The notes: generated by a model not told the origin, from the letters alone. A stretch of 64,000 nucleotides of DNA from Patescibacteria group bacterium (GCA_038065395.1 JBBTRB010000006.1:19493-83492); one strand, 5' to 3'; numbered from the stretch's first letter, positions 32,606 through 43,604 are shown. A program made the numbers and translations.

Positions 32606-32935
32606 TTAACCTTCAATGAGCCTCTCCACTTTCATCTCCAACACCTCAAAATCTTTTTTGTCCGCCTTATTTTCTCCTATACCTTTCATATATTCCATGG
32701 CAGTGTCGAAGTAGTCACGTGACTGTTGGAGGAGAACGCCTGTATGGACGCGAAATTCTTCACGAATTGAATCAATTTTACGATCAAGATTATCAACTCT
32801 CTTATCTAGTGAATCGAGTCGACTATCGACAGAGTCAAATCTGTCAGAAACTTCTGTTCTAAATTCACTGAACTCGAACTTGGTAACATAATCTAACAAA
32901 TCGCTTTTAGTAGCTTGTGTGGTGTTTATTTTCAT
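32606..32935 (-). CDS. Hypothetical coiled-coil protein
   Basis: Heptad-like pattern DRFDSVDSRLDSLDKRVDNLDRKIDSIREE. No known domain. Confidence 0.45.
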   Translation of the reverse strand: MKINTTQATKSDLLDYVTKFEFSEFRTEVSDRFDSVDSRLDSLDKRVDNLDRKIDSIREEFRVHTGVLLQQSRDYFDTAMEYMKGIGENKADKKDFEVLEMKVERLIEG

Positions 32936-33122
32936 AATGGATTGAGTTATTTTAGAAGTAATTATAATTGGCAGGTATGACTATTGTATCACGCCCAAAA
33001 ATAGTTCAATCTTTCACTCCCAAGAATTTTATTTTGTAATACATTACCCCTACTCGGTAGTCTTGACATGTATGATATACATATGTTTGTATGTGACCTG
33101 GATCAATCACAAAATATAAACT

Positions 33123-33512
33123 ATGAGTTCTATAACCGAAACGCTACGCCAAGCCTACTTGGACGAAGTTGCTGACATTCGTCGAGTCACTCATTACAAT
33201 AATCCCAAGCTAGATCTTGAGGAAATTCTCAAAAAAGACGTGAGACTTGCTTACGTCTCGAACCATTATCGAAGATTTGTCGTTGTAACGCGTCTTTTCG
33301 ATGGTGGGATGCTCGAAACAGGTGAAGAATATTTCTACGCTTCATTCATTCTGAGTCAAGAAGAAGAACTTTCCAATCAAGCACTCGGCTACATGTTGGC
33401 GCTGTCATCAAAGAGAATGGATTTTCTAGGCAACAGCGAGGTGCCTGATATGGACGAATATATCGGAAAGTTGGGAAACTCATTCCACACTCGAATGACT
33501 GGTCTGGAATGA
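33123..33512 (+). CDS. Hypothetical protein (129 aa)
   Basis: ORF followed by a hairpin/T-run. No domain recognised. Confidence 0.45.
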   Translation: MSSITETLRQAYLDEVADIRRVTHYNNPKLDLEEILKKDVRLAYVSNHYRRFVVVTRLFDGGMLETGEEYFYASFILSQEEELSNQALGYMLALSSKRMDFLGNSEVPDMDEYIGKLGNSFHTRMTGLE

Positions 33513-33595
33513 CCCAGTGAACGTCCGATTCAAACGCACGACCTGTAGGTACGGCGTTTTTTATTTGGATTATTTTTCATGCTACAATCCTCCTT

Positions 33596-35113
33596 ATGAA
33601 AACGCCCAAAAAGCCTGTGATGCTGATCGTGCTCGATGGCTGGGGGTATCGCGAAGATCCGACCCACAATGCGATCGCAGTCGCACGGACACCTTTCTTC
33701 AGCGGCCTCTGGCAGAATAGCGCTCATTCCCTGCTCAAAGCCTCAGGGGACGCCGTAGGCCTCCCTGAAGGTCAGATGGGCAATAGCGAAGTAGGTCACA
33801 CTACGATCGGTGCTGGCAAGCCTGCAGACACAGAGCTCGTCCGTATCGACAAGGCCATTGCATCTGGCGAGTTCGATGCCAACCCTGCTCTCCTGTCACT
33901 GTTCGACCATGTCAAAAAACACGACTCCGTCCTCCATGTCCAAGGGCTCGTCAGTGACGGAGGCGTGCACAGTCATCAGAAACATCTCTTCGCATTCCTT
34001 CGTCTAGCCAAGAAACAAGGAGTCAAAAAAGTTGCGCTCCATGTCTTCACTGATGGACGTGACACTGCGCCTCAGAGCGCGTCTTCGTACCTCGTCGAGC
34101 TCGAGAAAGTACTCGAGGAACTCGGATCAGGATTTTTCATCGCTACTATATCTGGACGTTACTATGCCATGGACCGTGATAACAACTGGGATCGTCTCGC
34201 TCGCGTAGAGCAAGCCATGTTCGAATGTAAGGGCAATGTTTGTGAGATCAAACCTTCTGCATACCTGCAGACACAGTACGATACTGGCAAAAACGACGAA
34301 CTCCTCGAGCCTACCGTATGCACTACACTCGAAGGTACTGGTTGCGCGATCAAAGAGCATGATGCGGTATTTTTCTTCAACTTCCGCGCAGACCGTGCAC
34401 GCATGTTGTCAGAGAAAATGCTCGAACGTCAGAAGATCAACGATATTCTTTTTGTTACGTTGACCGAATACTGTGTCGACTTTACCTGTGCGATCGCCTT
34501 CCCTCCTGCCAAGATCGAAACGACTCTGGGACAAGAGATCTCCAAAGCAGGCCTCACCCAGGCTCGCATCGCCGAGACAGAGAAGTTCGCTCATGCAACG
34601 TATTTCCTCAATGGTGGTAGAGAGAAACCATATGAAGGTGAGAAAGACATACTTCTGCCGTCTCGCAAAGATGTGAAGACTCATGACGAAGCTCCTGAGA
34701 TGCGCGCCGAAGCCATCGCCGACAAAGCTATCGAGGAGATCATTACCGGAACCAACTTTATTTTCATCAACTTCGCCAACCCAGACATGGTCGGTCATAC
34801 TGCCAATGTCCCCGCCATCATCAAGGCTATCGAGACAGTAGATACTCAACTCCGACGTGTGATCGAAACTCTCGAGGCTCGCGGTGGCGCGGCAGTCATC
34901 ATCGCTGACCACGGTAACGCTGAGGTCAACATCGACCCTGTCACTGGCACCAAACACACTGCCCATACCACCAACCTAGTACCATGTATCCTTGTCGGAC
35001 AGGACTTGAAACTCCGTGACGGTGGACTCTCTGACGTAGCGCCGACCGTACTCAGTCTTCTCGATATTCCTGTGCCAGAGGCGATGGTGGGTAAGAGTTT
35101 GGTCAGATATTAA
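33596..35113 (+). CDS. gpmI: 2,3-bisphosphoglycerate-independent phosphoglycerate mutase
   Basis: N-terminal KPVMLIVLDGWGYRED, and metal-binding ADHGNAE / PDMVGHT motifs of iPGM. Confidence 0.9.
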   Translation: MKTPKKPVMLIVLDGWGYREDPTHNAIAVARTPFFSGLWQNSAHSLLKASGDAVGLPEGQMGNSEVGHTTIGAGKPADTELVRIDKAIASGEFDANPALLSLFDHVKKHDSVLHVQGLVSDGGVHSHQKHLFAFLRLAKKQGVKKVALHVFTDGRDTAPQSASSYLVELEKVLEELGSGFFIATISGRYYAMDRDNNWDRLARVEQAMFECKGNVCEIKPSAYLQTQYDTGKNDELLEPTVCTTLEGTGCAIKEHDAVFFFNFRADRARMLSEKMLERQKINDILFVTLTEYCVDFTCAIAFPPAKIETTLGQEISKAGLTQARIAETEKFAHATYFLNGGREKPYEGEKDILLPSRKDVKTHDEAPEMRAEAIADKAIEEIITGTNFIFINFANPDMVGHTANVPAIIKAIETVDTQLRRVIETLEARGGAAVIIADHGNAEVNIDPVTGTKHTAHTTNLVPCILVGQDLKLRDGGLSDVAPTVLSLLDIPVPEAMVGKSLVRY

Positions 35114-35159
35114 AAAGCCCGTACTACTGTGTACGAGCTTGAGAGTGAAAATGGAGATG

Positions 35160-35870
35160 TCAGTACCGTGCAGTTAGACGCTTCCAATTCTCCATTCCGT
35201 CTGGGGATATAGCCTCTGACCCCTTTACACAGAGCTCACACTTGCTGGGCAACCAGCGGGTATCATGAGAATCCATCAATCTGATAACGTGTCTCCCTTC
35301 GAATTGATGAGTCTCTCCGGCACCAGAACCGATTCGATTGACCAACACCATAACGACGGGTAGCACTGTGCAGTTTGCGTCAACCAGAGCAGTGGCCGTA
35401 CGTTTCAGGCTACCACCAGTTGTGAATACGTCATCTGCCAAAATGACGACGGAATTGACTGGCAGGTGACTCTTCCAAAAAACCATCGTTCCTTTTTCTT
35501 GCCGAACATATCCCGAGAAGCATGGTGCTCCACGATACCGACCTAGAGCATCGGCGATGCCATGCGCGATCAAGACACCTCCCATGGCTGGTCCGACGAT
35601 GTAACTCGCCGTATACATATAATCAAACTTAGGCTCCCCATGTGTATACTCACTCAAGAGCGTCACCATGTCAGTGCACGCCTCAGCAAGCAAAGACGGA
35701 TCTTGCGTCAGGAGCTCAGCATTGAAGAAGCTGCTGGAATGTGCCCCTGAGGAGAGAACAACATGGGGACGTTTGATATTCCCGTCATGTGCCCATAATA
35801 TTCTCAACTCTTTGAATTTGCTGATCCATTTTGTACTGATAGATAGTGGTTCAGATGCAGATTGTGGCAT
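35160..35870 (-). CDS. Phosphoribosyltransferase, orotate-PRTase (PyrE)-like
   Basis: PRPP-binding loop VVILADDVFTTGGSL, and an N-terminal SGAHSSSFFNAELL resembling the OPRT flexible loop. ATG at 35870. Confidence 0.7.
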   Translation of the reverse strand: MPQSASEPLSISTKWISKFKELRILWAHDGNIKRPHVVLSSGAHSSSFFNAELLTQDPSLLAEACTDMVTLLSEYTHGEPKFDYMYTASYIVGPAMGGVLIAHGIADALGRYRGAPCFSGYVRQEKGTMVFWKSHLPVNSVVILADDVFTTGGSLKRTATALVDANCTVLPVVMVLVNRIGSGAGETHQFEGRHVIRLMDSHDTRWLPSKCELCVKGSEAISPDGMENWKRLTARY

Positions 35871-36000
35871 GTGATCTATGTGGTTGTGATGTTCATACGA
35901 GCACACTCAGTGGTGCTTTTGACTGTGTCGAATATCGACTCTGTCCCAACATTACAGGGATACTAATGCAAAATCAATGCTTTACGTTAGATGCCTGACC

Positions 36001-36537
36001 TTACTTCACCCTCCTCCCCACCCACACCGAAACCACTACCGCTACTATCCCTATCACCCACCCCACCACCACGTCACTAGCCCAATGAACACTCAGAACC
36101 AGGCGACTCATCCCAATGATAAAAATGAGAGAGACTGCCAGAACAGTCAGAAGGATGCGAGATATTCTACTCTGCATTTTCGGTAGAAGGATCGCCAAGA
36201 GAGCTCCAAAAAATGCTGCCGACATGCCCGCATGACCTGAAGGGAAACTTGGGTCGCCGATGATGATCTCGAGGGCGTTGAATGGACGTGTACGAGCGAC
36301 CAGTTCTTTCAGGGAGAAAATAACCACTGCAGAAGAAATGATAGAAAGCGCCATGATAGTCGCATCACGACGTTGTCTGCGCCAGATAAAATACCCGACC
36401 AATACTACACCCAAAACGATCAGAACCTCGGCATCGGCGATCGTACTTATCCAATGAGCACATGAGGCGAATACTGCGGTCACGTACTCCGATATGGAGA
36501 CATTGACAGCAGTATCTATGGAGAAGATCATATCCAT
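36001..36537 (-). CDS. PAP2-family lipid phosphatase (undecaprenyl-diphosphatase-like)
   Basis: PAP2 motifs PSGHAGMSAA and SRLVLSVHWASDVVVG. Confidence 0.7.
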   Translation of the reverse strand: MDMIFSIDTAVNVSISEYVTAVFASCAHWISTIADAEVLIVLGVVLVGYFIWRRQRRDATIMALSIISSAVVIFSLKELVARTRPFNALEIIIGDPSFPSGHAGMSAAFFGALLAILLPKMQSRISRILLTVLAVSLIFIIGMSRLVLSVHWASDVVVGWVIGIVAVVVSVWVGRRVK

Positions 36538-36740
36538 GCGTAGTATTGTATCACGTTACAAAAAGTACTCGAGAATACCGATCTTTTGGAAAAACTGGAT
36601 AATAGCCCATTCGATAACCAAAAACGGGATGAGATATATCAATATTTTGAGAAAGATTTCTTTGGCGATATCCATATTTAAAACGCACTATGGTATACTA
36701 CTTTCACCATTAATAGACATTATACGTATAATTTACACCC

Positions 36741-36977
36741 ATGAATACTGTCACTATATATTCAACTCCGACCTGCACATACTGTAATATGGCCAAGACC
36801 TTCTTCAAGGCTAACAATATCGCTTACACCGAACACAACGTCGCTGCTGACCTCGCCAAACGCAAAGAGATGGTAGAGAAGACCAGTCAGATGGGTGTGC
36901 CTGTGATCGAGATCAACAACGAGACCGTCATCGGTTTTGACGAAGCTCGTGTGCGTGAGTTATTGAAAATCGCGTAG
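36741..36977 (+). CDS. Glutaredoxin/NrdH-like redoxin
   Basis: 78 aa, CTYC active site at the N-terminus (VTIYSTPTCTYCNMAK), and GVPVIEINNETVIGFD. Confidence 0.8.
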   Translation: MNTVTIYSTPTCTYCNMAKTFFKANNIAYTEHNVAADLAKRKEMVEKTSQMGVPVIEINNETVIGFDEARVRELLKIA

Positions 36978-36980
36978 GAA

Positions 36981-37370
36981 CTACTCCCCTATTCCAAAGA
37001 GTTTTTTGAACCAGCCCCGTGAAGGGGTTGTCGTTGCATGTACCGCAGCAGATGTCTGGTCTTTGGGATCGACGATCACGGCTACGAATTCACCTTCTTT
37101 GACGGCGCGATATTTGGTGCGCATCTCGACCTCGACACCTTCTTCGGTCGAGAAGATGTCGACCTTTTTGGTAAGGGCTTGCTGACGATCCTCGAGCTTG
37201 GCCAGTTCGGTATGAGCCTGTTCGAGACGGATACGCGTCTGCTGTGCCTTGGCTTGGATGTTCCAGGCAGCTTTGGCAGATACGAAACATACGAGCACCA
37301 GAACAGCTAGAGTGACTGGTGAATGTGCCCATTTTCGTATTCGCAGAGCATGACGGTTGCCGTATTTCAT
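36981..37370 (-). CDS. Septum-formation-initiator-like (FtsB/DivIC-type) membrane protein
   Basis: N-terminal TM helix, a coiled coil (IRLEQAHTELAKLEDRQQALTKK), and a small C-terminal domain. Assignment by architecture only. Confidence 0.4.
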   Translation of the reverse strand: MKYGNRHALRIRKWAHSPVTLAVLVLVCFVSAKAAWNIQAKAQQTRIRLEQAHTELAKLEDRQQALTKKVDIFSTEEGVEVEMRTKYRAVKEGEFVAVIVDPKDQTSAAVHATTTPSRGWFKKLFGIGE

Positions 37371-37509
37371 CTATCCAAGTATACTAGGTTTATTATGTTA
37401 TTTCATCAAAAATCCCAAAAATTCCTGCGTGTCGCATCGATCATTATCAGTGTCTTGATTATCATTAGTATGATACTTCTCTACTTCCCGGTATTAGGAT
37501 AAAAAGTTT

Positions 37510-39318
37510 CTATTCTCCTCCCCTCATCATTCGCACAAAGACTTCCTGAGGAATAGTCACGGTACCATGTTCTTTGAGACGCTTGCGACCTTCTTTTTGC
37601 TTTTCGCGAAGCTTCATCTTGCGTGTGATATCTCCACCGGACAATGTACCGGCGGCGTCTTTTTTGACTCCTGAGAGGGTTCGAGAAGAGATGATACGTC
37701 CGTGAGCTTTGGCCTGGATCTTGTAGGTGAAAAGTTCACGCGGCAAAAGTTTGTGGAGTTTCTCGACGGCTTGTTCGGCATCAAGCTCGACTCGGCGACG
37801 AGAGACAACGCGGGTAAAAGCCGCCACCGGTTCGTCGGCGATGAGAACATCCATACGTACTACGTCTGCTGTACGTTCGCTGGTGATGTCATATGATATC
37901 GAGGCATACCCGGACGAGACACTTTTGATCTCGTCGAAGAAGTTGCGCATCAGCTCTCGGAGCGGCATCTCCATAGTCAGCATCGAACGATTGTCACCAA
38001 AGTTGTCGACTGAAGTCACGGTGCCTTCGTGGTCGAAGATAGACTTCATCAATGCGCCCATATATGACGGTGGACTGATGATCTTCATGGTTACGATCGG
38101 TTCGAAGACTTCGGAGATCTCATTGTCATCCGGGAAAAGTGCCGGTGAATACACGCGAACTTCTTTGCCATTCTTGAGTCTGACCATATAGGTGATGGTC
38201 GGCATGGTCACCACGAGCTCGAGGTTGAACTCACGTCGGAGACGTTCGGTAATGATCTCAAGGTGCAACATTCCCAGGAATCCGCATCGATATCCACGAC
38301 CGAGCGTGCCTGAGGACTCTTCTTCATAGGTGAATGAAGAGTCCGACAGACGCAGTCTACTGAGTGCTTGGCGGAGCAATGCCAGATCATCCTGGCTCTC
38401 TGGATACACCGATGCCCAGACGACTGGTCGAGGGGTCTGATAGCCTTCCAGAGCCGGAGTGGTGTCTTTGGTCGAGGCGACAGTGTCTCCCACCGATGCA
38501 ATACCTGGCTCTTTGACGCCCGTGACGATATAGCCGATCTCACCGACGGACAGTGACTCTGCCGGGGTTTCTTCGGGGGTGAATATTCCTACATCGATCG
38601 ATTCGAATTCTCTGCCAGCGACTTTGAAAATAAGTTTGTCGTGACGACGTACACTGCCGGCCATGACACGGATATAAACGATCACGCCAGTATGGTTGGA
38701 ATATTGAAAGTCGAACACCAGTGAGTTGAATGCTGAGGTCGGCGAAGCGGTAGTAGGCGTGACGGTCGGTGGTGGCACTCTGCGGATGAGTTCGTTGACT
38801 AGATGTTCGACCCCCTCACCTGTCTTGCCAGAGACTTTGAGCACGTCTCCTTCTGCACACCCCAGGAGCTGACTGACCTCATGGATGACCTCGTCGGTAC
38901 GCGCTAGAGGCGAGTCGATCTTACTGACCACTGGGATGATCACCAGGCCGGTATCGCGCGCCATGTTGAGTGTGGTGAGCGTCTGAGCCTGTACACCTTG
39001 GGTTGCGTCTACAAGGAGAATAGAACCTTCTACGGCCTTGAGTGCTCGAGATACTTCATATGAAAAGTCGATATGCCCTGGCGTGTCGATCATGTTGAGC
39101 ACATAGTCCTGACTTCCTTGATGCCATTTCATGCGCACGGGTTGCATCTTGATCGTGATGCCACGTTCGCGTTCGAGCTCCATACTGTCGAGCACCTGGG
39201 CCTGCATCTTGCGTTTCTCGATCGTACCAGTGATCTCGAGGAGTCGGTCGGCCAGTGTCGACTTGCCATGGTCGATATGGGCAATGATAGAAAAGTTGCG
39301 TATATGGGACGGATTCAT
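37510..39318 (-). CDS. lepA: Elongation factor 4 (LepA)
   Basis: IRNFSIIAHIDHGKSTLADRLL, DTPGHIDF, and the LepA-specific C-terminal domain. ATG at 39318. Confidence 0.9.
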   Translation of the reverse strand: MNPSHIRNFSIIAHIDHGKSTLADRLLEITGTIEKRKMQAQVLDSMELERERGITIKMQPVRMKWHQGSQDYVLNMIDTPGHIDFSYEVSRALKAVEGSILLVDATQGVQAQTLTTLNMARDTGLVIIPVVSKIDSPLARTDEVIHEVSQLLGCAEGDVLKVSGKTGEGVEHLVNELIRRVPPPTVTPTTASPTSAFNSLVFDFQYSNHTGVIVYIRVMAGSVRRHDKLIFKVAGREFESIDVGIFTPEETPAESLSVGEIGYIVTGVKEPGIASVGDTVASTKDTTPALEGYQTPRPVVWASVYPESQDDLALLRQALSRLRLSDSSFTYEEESSGTLGRGYRCGFLGMLHLEIITERLRREFNLELVVTMPTITYMVRLKNGKEVRVYSPALFPDDNEISEVFEPIVTMKIISPPSYMGALMKSIFDHEGTVTSVDNFGDNRSMLTMEMPLRELMRNFFDEIKSVSSGYASISYDITSERTADVVRMDVLIADEPVAAFTRVVSRRRVELDAEQAVEKLHKLLPRELFTYKIQAKAHGRIISSRTLSGVKKDAAGTLSGGDITRKMKLREKQKEGRKRLKEHGTVTIPQEVFVRMMRGGE

Positions 39319-39398
39319 GACAGGCACTATAGCAGAAATGCCCTGTTTTACCAAAAGCAAACCCATTAACGAAGCAGATGGAGATTGTGGACTAGCTC

Positions 39399-41078
39399 CT
39401 ACATATGCTCGACTTCAGCTGGAGGAACAGGGGCCTTCCAGATCTTTTTGTGAAGAGTCGTCCAGACTTCAGCAAGCTCTTTATTGCGCAGAACGATGAG
39501 AACCAAAACCCCGACGATCATACCGACGATACCTGCACAGAAACCCTGCATGAATATGCCCCAGACTTTTTGTAGAGGAAAGATCTCGGCGAAGATACGC
39601 AGGCTCAGATACGTCGCATATCCCATGATGACCGATGCCGAGAAACTATGGAACAGTGTTTCGAAGACTGGCTTGGTAAACCCAGGATGATCCTTTTCGA
39701 ACATCCACCAATGGAGGATAGTATTGAGAAGTATGCCGAGAGAGTATGCCACTCCGAGCATCAGAACTCCCGTGCCTGGCTGACCAGCGACCTTGAGCAG
39801 ATCTTCGAAGAAATAGGCAAAGACCGGCATGACCGAGAACATCCATGTCAGCACATACCCGAGGACGACGATCGTGACCGCAGAGATGATGTTGATCCAC
39901 AGAGGTCGGTTGGTCTTGCCTTCAGCATAGAATGCACGCACAAACAGGATGATCAGGCTCTGCCCGATCGTTGAGACTACGAAGATCGCCAGGAGTGCGG
40001 CAGTCAGTCGTGTGTCTGACCAGTCGAACTGTCCAGCACCGAGAACCGTACGGACGATCTGTGCACGCAAGACAATGAACAAAACTAGGATCGGCATAGA
40101 CCAAAAGATGATATGCCGCGCCGAGACCACCATCTTGTCGACGAACTCGCGAATATTGTTCTCAACATAGAGACGTGACAGTGTCGGGAAAACCGCAGAA
40201 GAATAACTCGCCCCAATGATCGTCAGAGGTACCGACTGGAGGTTGAACCCGAAGGTGAAGATCGAGATCGATCCAGGGACCATGAGCGACGCGATCGAGA
40301 CCAGTGAGAATGATGCCAGCTGGTTGGCAGACAAGGTGATCGTCCGAGGTAAGGATACGAACAAGACACTTCTGACTTTGCTCCATTCTATACGGAGAGA
40401 TAGACGTGGCATCAACCCTTCGAATGTCATGAACGGTATCTGGATCGCCATATGGAGGAAGGCACCGATCGCAACACCGATCGCAAGACCAGAGATCCCG
40501 AATATCGGATACAATGCGATCACTCCGATGATGATGCCGAGGTTATAGAGTACTGGTGAGGCCGCATAGACCAAGAATCGATGCTTCATCTGAGTTAGAC
40601 TCGAGAACAGATTCGAAAGTCCCAAGAATATCGGAGAACAAAGCATGATGCGCATCGACAGGATAAGTTCTGGCAAGAGAGGATCATTGGCGAAGCCGGG
40701 GATGACTTTGGGGATGAGCCACGGAGCAATAAGGGCTACAATGACGCTGACTACGATGATGATCACGGAGAATACCGTGAACATCGCATCAGAGAATGAT
40801 CTCCCCTCATGTTCACCCTTGTTGAACCGTTCCATGAAGAACGGAAGGAGTATCGAGGCTGAGACGAGCGACCCTACTGCCGCAAAGATAAAATCCGGAA
40901 TACGAAATGCGGCATAGTATACATCCAATAGATGACTGGCACCAAAAATATATGCGAGGAGCTTGTCACGTACAAGTCCCAATATCTGAGAGAACAGGGC
41001 GAACAATGCCAAAAGATACGCGGCTTCGTGGAGGCCACGTATCTCTCTCCCGATAACTGAAAACCATTTTTTGACCAT
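39399..41078 (-). CDS. murJ: Lipid II flippase MurJ (MviN)
   Basis: 14-TM MOP superfamily protein with conserved N-terminal LGLVRDKLLAYIFGAS...YYAAFRIPDF. Confidence 0.8.
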   Translation of the reverse strand: MVKKWFSVIGREIRGLHEAAYLLALFALFSQILGLVRDKLLAYIFGASHLLDVYYAAFRIPDFIFAAVGSLVSASILLPFFMERFNKGEHEGRSFSDAMFTVFSVIIIVVSVIVALIAPWLIPKVIPGFANDPLLPELILSMRIMLCSPIFLGLSNLFSSLTQMKHRFLVYAASPVLYNLGIIIGVIALYPIFGISGLAIGVAIGAFLHMAIQIPFMTFEGLMPRLSLRIEWSKVRSVLFVSLPRTITLSANQLASFSLVSIASLMVPGSISIFTFGFNLQSVPLTIIGASYSSAVFPTLSRLYVENNIREFVDKMVVSARHIIFWSMPILVLFIVLRAQIVRTVLGAGQFDWSDTRLTAALLAIFVVSTIGQSLIILFVRAFYAEGKTNRPLWINIISAVTIVVLGYVLTWMFSVMPVFAYFFEDLLKVAGQPGTGVLMLGVAYSLGILLNTILHWWMFEKDHPGFTKPVFETLFHSFSASVIMGYATYLSLRIFAEIFPLQKVWGIFMQGFCAGIVGMIVGVLVLIVLRNKELAEVWTTLHKKIWKAPVPPAEVEHM

Positions 41079-41096
41079 TATCGTATCGAGATGATG

Positions 41097-43520
41097 CTAT
41101 GACTCATCCTCATCGAGAGGTAATGTTGAACGCTTTTCTGGGGCAGGTGTCACAGGGGCTCGTGCATCTTCGAAAGGACCGTTACCCGCTTTGAGGTTTT
41201 TGAGGATAAGTGCCACTTCTTGACTCGCAGGGTTCGAAACTGTCAAAGCCTCGAATTGTTTTATGGCATCAGACCTCTTGTTCTGATATGCATAGGCGAG
41301 TCCAAGGAAGTACTGCGCATTGGCGTAATCACTCTGTAGAGCAAGAGCCTTGGAGAGCATATCTACTGCCTGAGAATACTGCTTGTCGCTATAGTAGAGG
41401 AAGCCGAGCTGGAACCATGCCACAGCACTCGATGGGTCAATCTCGGTAGCTACACGTGTCGCAGTAATGGCATCTTCAACTCTACCTGTAGTGACATATA
41501 TTTGTGAAAGAAGGAATATGGCATCGAGATAGTTGGGCTTGATCTTGAGTGCAGTACCGGTAGACTCGATCGCCTCATCGAACTTCCCTTCGGAAGCATA
41601 GAACCGGGCAAGGTTGAGATGGATCTGTGGGTTACGAGGACTGGCCGCGATCGCCTTGGTATACGATGCGATCGCACCTTCGACAGAACCCTTCATCTTA
41701 AGATTTGCTGCGACCTCGAATACACGAGCCTCGGAAGCATAGTTGTAATAATTGGTCGGATCATAGGCGATCGCTCGTGATGCGGCTTTGAGTGCGTCGT
41801 TGATCGTACCGATAATGCGAACATTGAGCTCTTCCGGAGTCGATGAGGCGACCGCCCCAGCATCTCCGCGTATCAAGGCGACAGCTTTCGCCAAGAGCGA
41901 CTCTACCTCGGCTCGACGATATATATCGGACGTATCGAAGATCAGGGCTTTCTGGAAGGCATCGTATGCCTGATCAGTGTTACCTGTGATCGTCAGTGCT
42001 TGTACCCCGGAACTAAAATATGACAGTGCCACGACTTTTTTGATATAGATGGCTCCCCAGACGATACACAAGATTACCAGAACCATCGGAAGAACTGGAA
42101 TGAGTCTCTGGTGGACCAAGCCTGTCTTCTCAGATTTCAGAGGGTACGTAGTGGCATGAATAACTCCATAACTCGTTGCGAGTGAGAGCATGATACCCGT
42201 CATGAGGCTCGCATAGAAAAGTATGTGGAGAGAAGGTATCGAAAATACGATCATGAACCACAGGAACATCGAGAGAACAGATGCGACAATGAGCATACTA
42301 CGCTGTGCTGGATCTTCTGGCATCTTGCGATATATACGGAGGAGACATAACGCAAGCACACCGAGGAGAAGGAGTAGTGCCAGGACACCTACTCCGCCGA
42401 GAGTTGCGACATATGTTCCGAGTGCACTCGAACCAACATTGAATTCTGCATTCCATACAGGAGTCTGGTTGATCTCAAGGGGTTTGCTGGTCACATATGC
42501 CTGGAAGAAACTATTAGGACCGGTACCGAACAACGGATGAGTCTTGGTGACCTCGACGGCGATATCTGTCGTGTATGACCACGGAAGAACGATCTCGGCA
42601 TACTGTGTATTCAATGTATCGACGACCGGACCGATGATCATAGCGCCCTTCCATGCACATAGAGCAAAGACCAGGGTCAAGATAACTAATGCTCCTGACA
42701 CGCGCCGAGATGGAGACGCCTGGGCAGAAGAGACGAAGCCTGGTGCACCATATCGGTAGACGGCATAGGCGAGCAACAGAGTCGCTACCGTAGCGGCTTG
42801 CCATACGACGACATATTGAACTACACAGACACTCAAGAATCCGACCCCGACGAGTACCCATGATAGTTTGCGCATACCCGAGGACATCTTGGTGAACAAG
42901 AGTCCTGATAGTGCCAAGAACATCACGAAGGCTGCATATGCGCCGAATGTATACCAACTACCAATTATAGTAGAGGTGATCGTCGGCAAAAATGTCCCTG
43001 CGAATATGTCTGTACCTGTCAGAGCAATGATGATGCGAACCCAGTGAAATAGTGCCAGGAGCATGAACGGTATACTCATTGCTACATAGAGATATTTGAC
43101 TCGTGATATATGATCTCGCGTGTAGACATACGCCACATACACCGCAAGGAGAAGTATCAGAGTGAATCCAGCTGTTGCAAACTCAAAACCTTGGCCGAAG
43201 AATGACTTGCTCATATGGCCACTGAACAGCGTGGAGGCCAAGAGCGAGAGACCGAAAATCCCGAAAGCCCAGGAGACTTTTTGTGGTAACAAGGTGAGGT
43301 GACCCTTCTTGTGAGTCGACAATATGATACAAACACTAGAGATGAGCACTCCGAGTGATATGACGAGAGACTTGACGATCTCTAGTGCAATATAGGGACT
43401 CGTCACAAAGACAAGAGGTGTCAATGCGCTCGTTGCGAGGAGTATTCGGAATCCCCACGTGTCGAGAGAAGCGTTTCGAGATGAAGGTACTGGTTCCGAA
43501 GAATGATGTTCTGGGTGCAT
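41097..43520 (-). CDS. O-antigen-ligase/polymerase-like polytopic membrane protein with C-terminal TPR repeats
   Basis: About 12 TM helices in the N-terminal 500 aa. C-terminal about 250 aa carry 5-6 TPR-like repeats (AIASYTKAIAASPRNPQIHLNLARFYASEGKFDEAIE..). Confidence 0.6.
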   Translation of the reverse strand: MHPEHHSSEPVPSSRNASLDTWGFRILLATSALTPLVFVTSPYIALEIVKSLVISLGVLISSVCIILSTHKKGHLTLLPQKVSWAFGIFGLSLLASTLFSGHMSKSFFGQGFEFATAGFTLILLLAVYVAYVYTRDHISRVKYLYVAMSIPFMLLALFHWVRIIIALTGTDIFAGTFLPTITSTIIGSWYTFGAYAAFVMFLALSGLLFTKMSSGMRKLSWVLVGVGFLSVCVVQYVVVWQAATVATLLLAYAVYRYGAPGFVSSAQASPSRRVSGALVILTLVFALCAWKGAMIIGPVVDTLNTQYAEIVLPWSYTTDIAVEVTKTHPLFGTGPNSFFQAYVTSKPLEINQTPVWNAEFNVGSSALGTYVATLGGVGVLALLLLLGVLALCLLRIYRKMPEDPAQRSMLIVASVLSMFLWFMIVFSIPSLHILFYASLMTGIMLSLATSYGVIHATTYPLKSEKTGLVHQRLIPVLPMVLVILCIVWGAIYIKKVVALSYFSSGVQALTITGNTDQAYDAFQKALIFDTSDIYRRAEVESLLAKAVALIRGDAGAVASSTPEELNVRIIGTINDALKAASRAIAYDPTNYYNYASEARVFEVAANLKMKGSVEGAIASYTKAIAASPRNPQIHLNLARFYASEGKFDEAIESTGTALKIKPNYLDAIFLLSQIYVTTGRVEDAITATRVATEIDPSSAVAWFQLGFLYYSDKQYSQAVDMLSKALALQSDYANAQYFLGLAYAYQNKRSDAIKQFEALTVSNPASQEVALILKNLKAGNGPFEDARAPVTPAPEKRSTLPLDEDES

Positions 43521-43561
43521 AGGGATGTTATAACGTTATTATTCCGATATAGCACCCAGTA

Positions 43562-43604
43562 TAGCAAAAAAGAAAATACCCGTCTTTAGAACGGGTATTT
43601 TCAT
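43562..43604 (-). terminator. Rho-independent terminator after rnpB
   Basis: Minus-strand AAAATACCCGTTCTAAAGACGGGTATTTTCTTTTTT. Confidence 0.7.
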
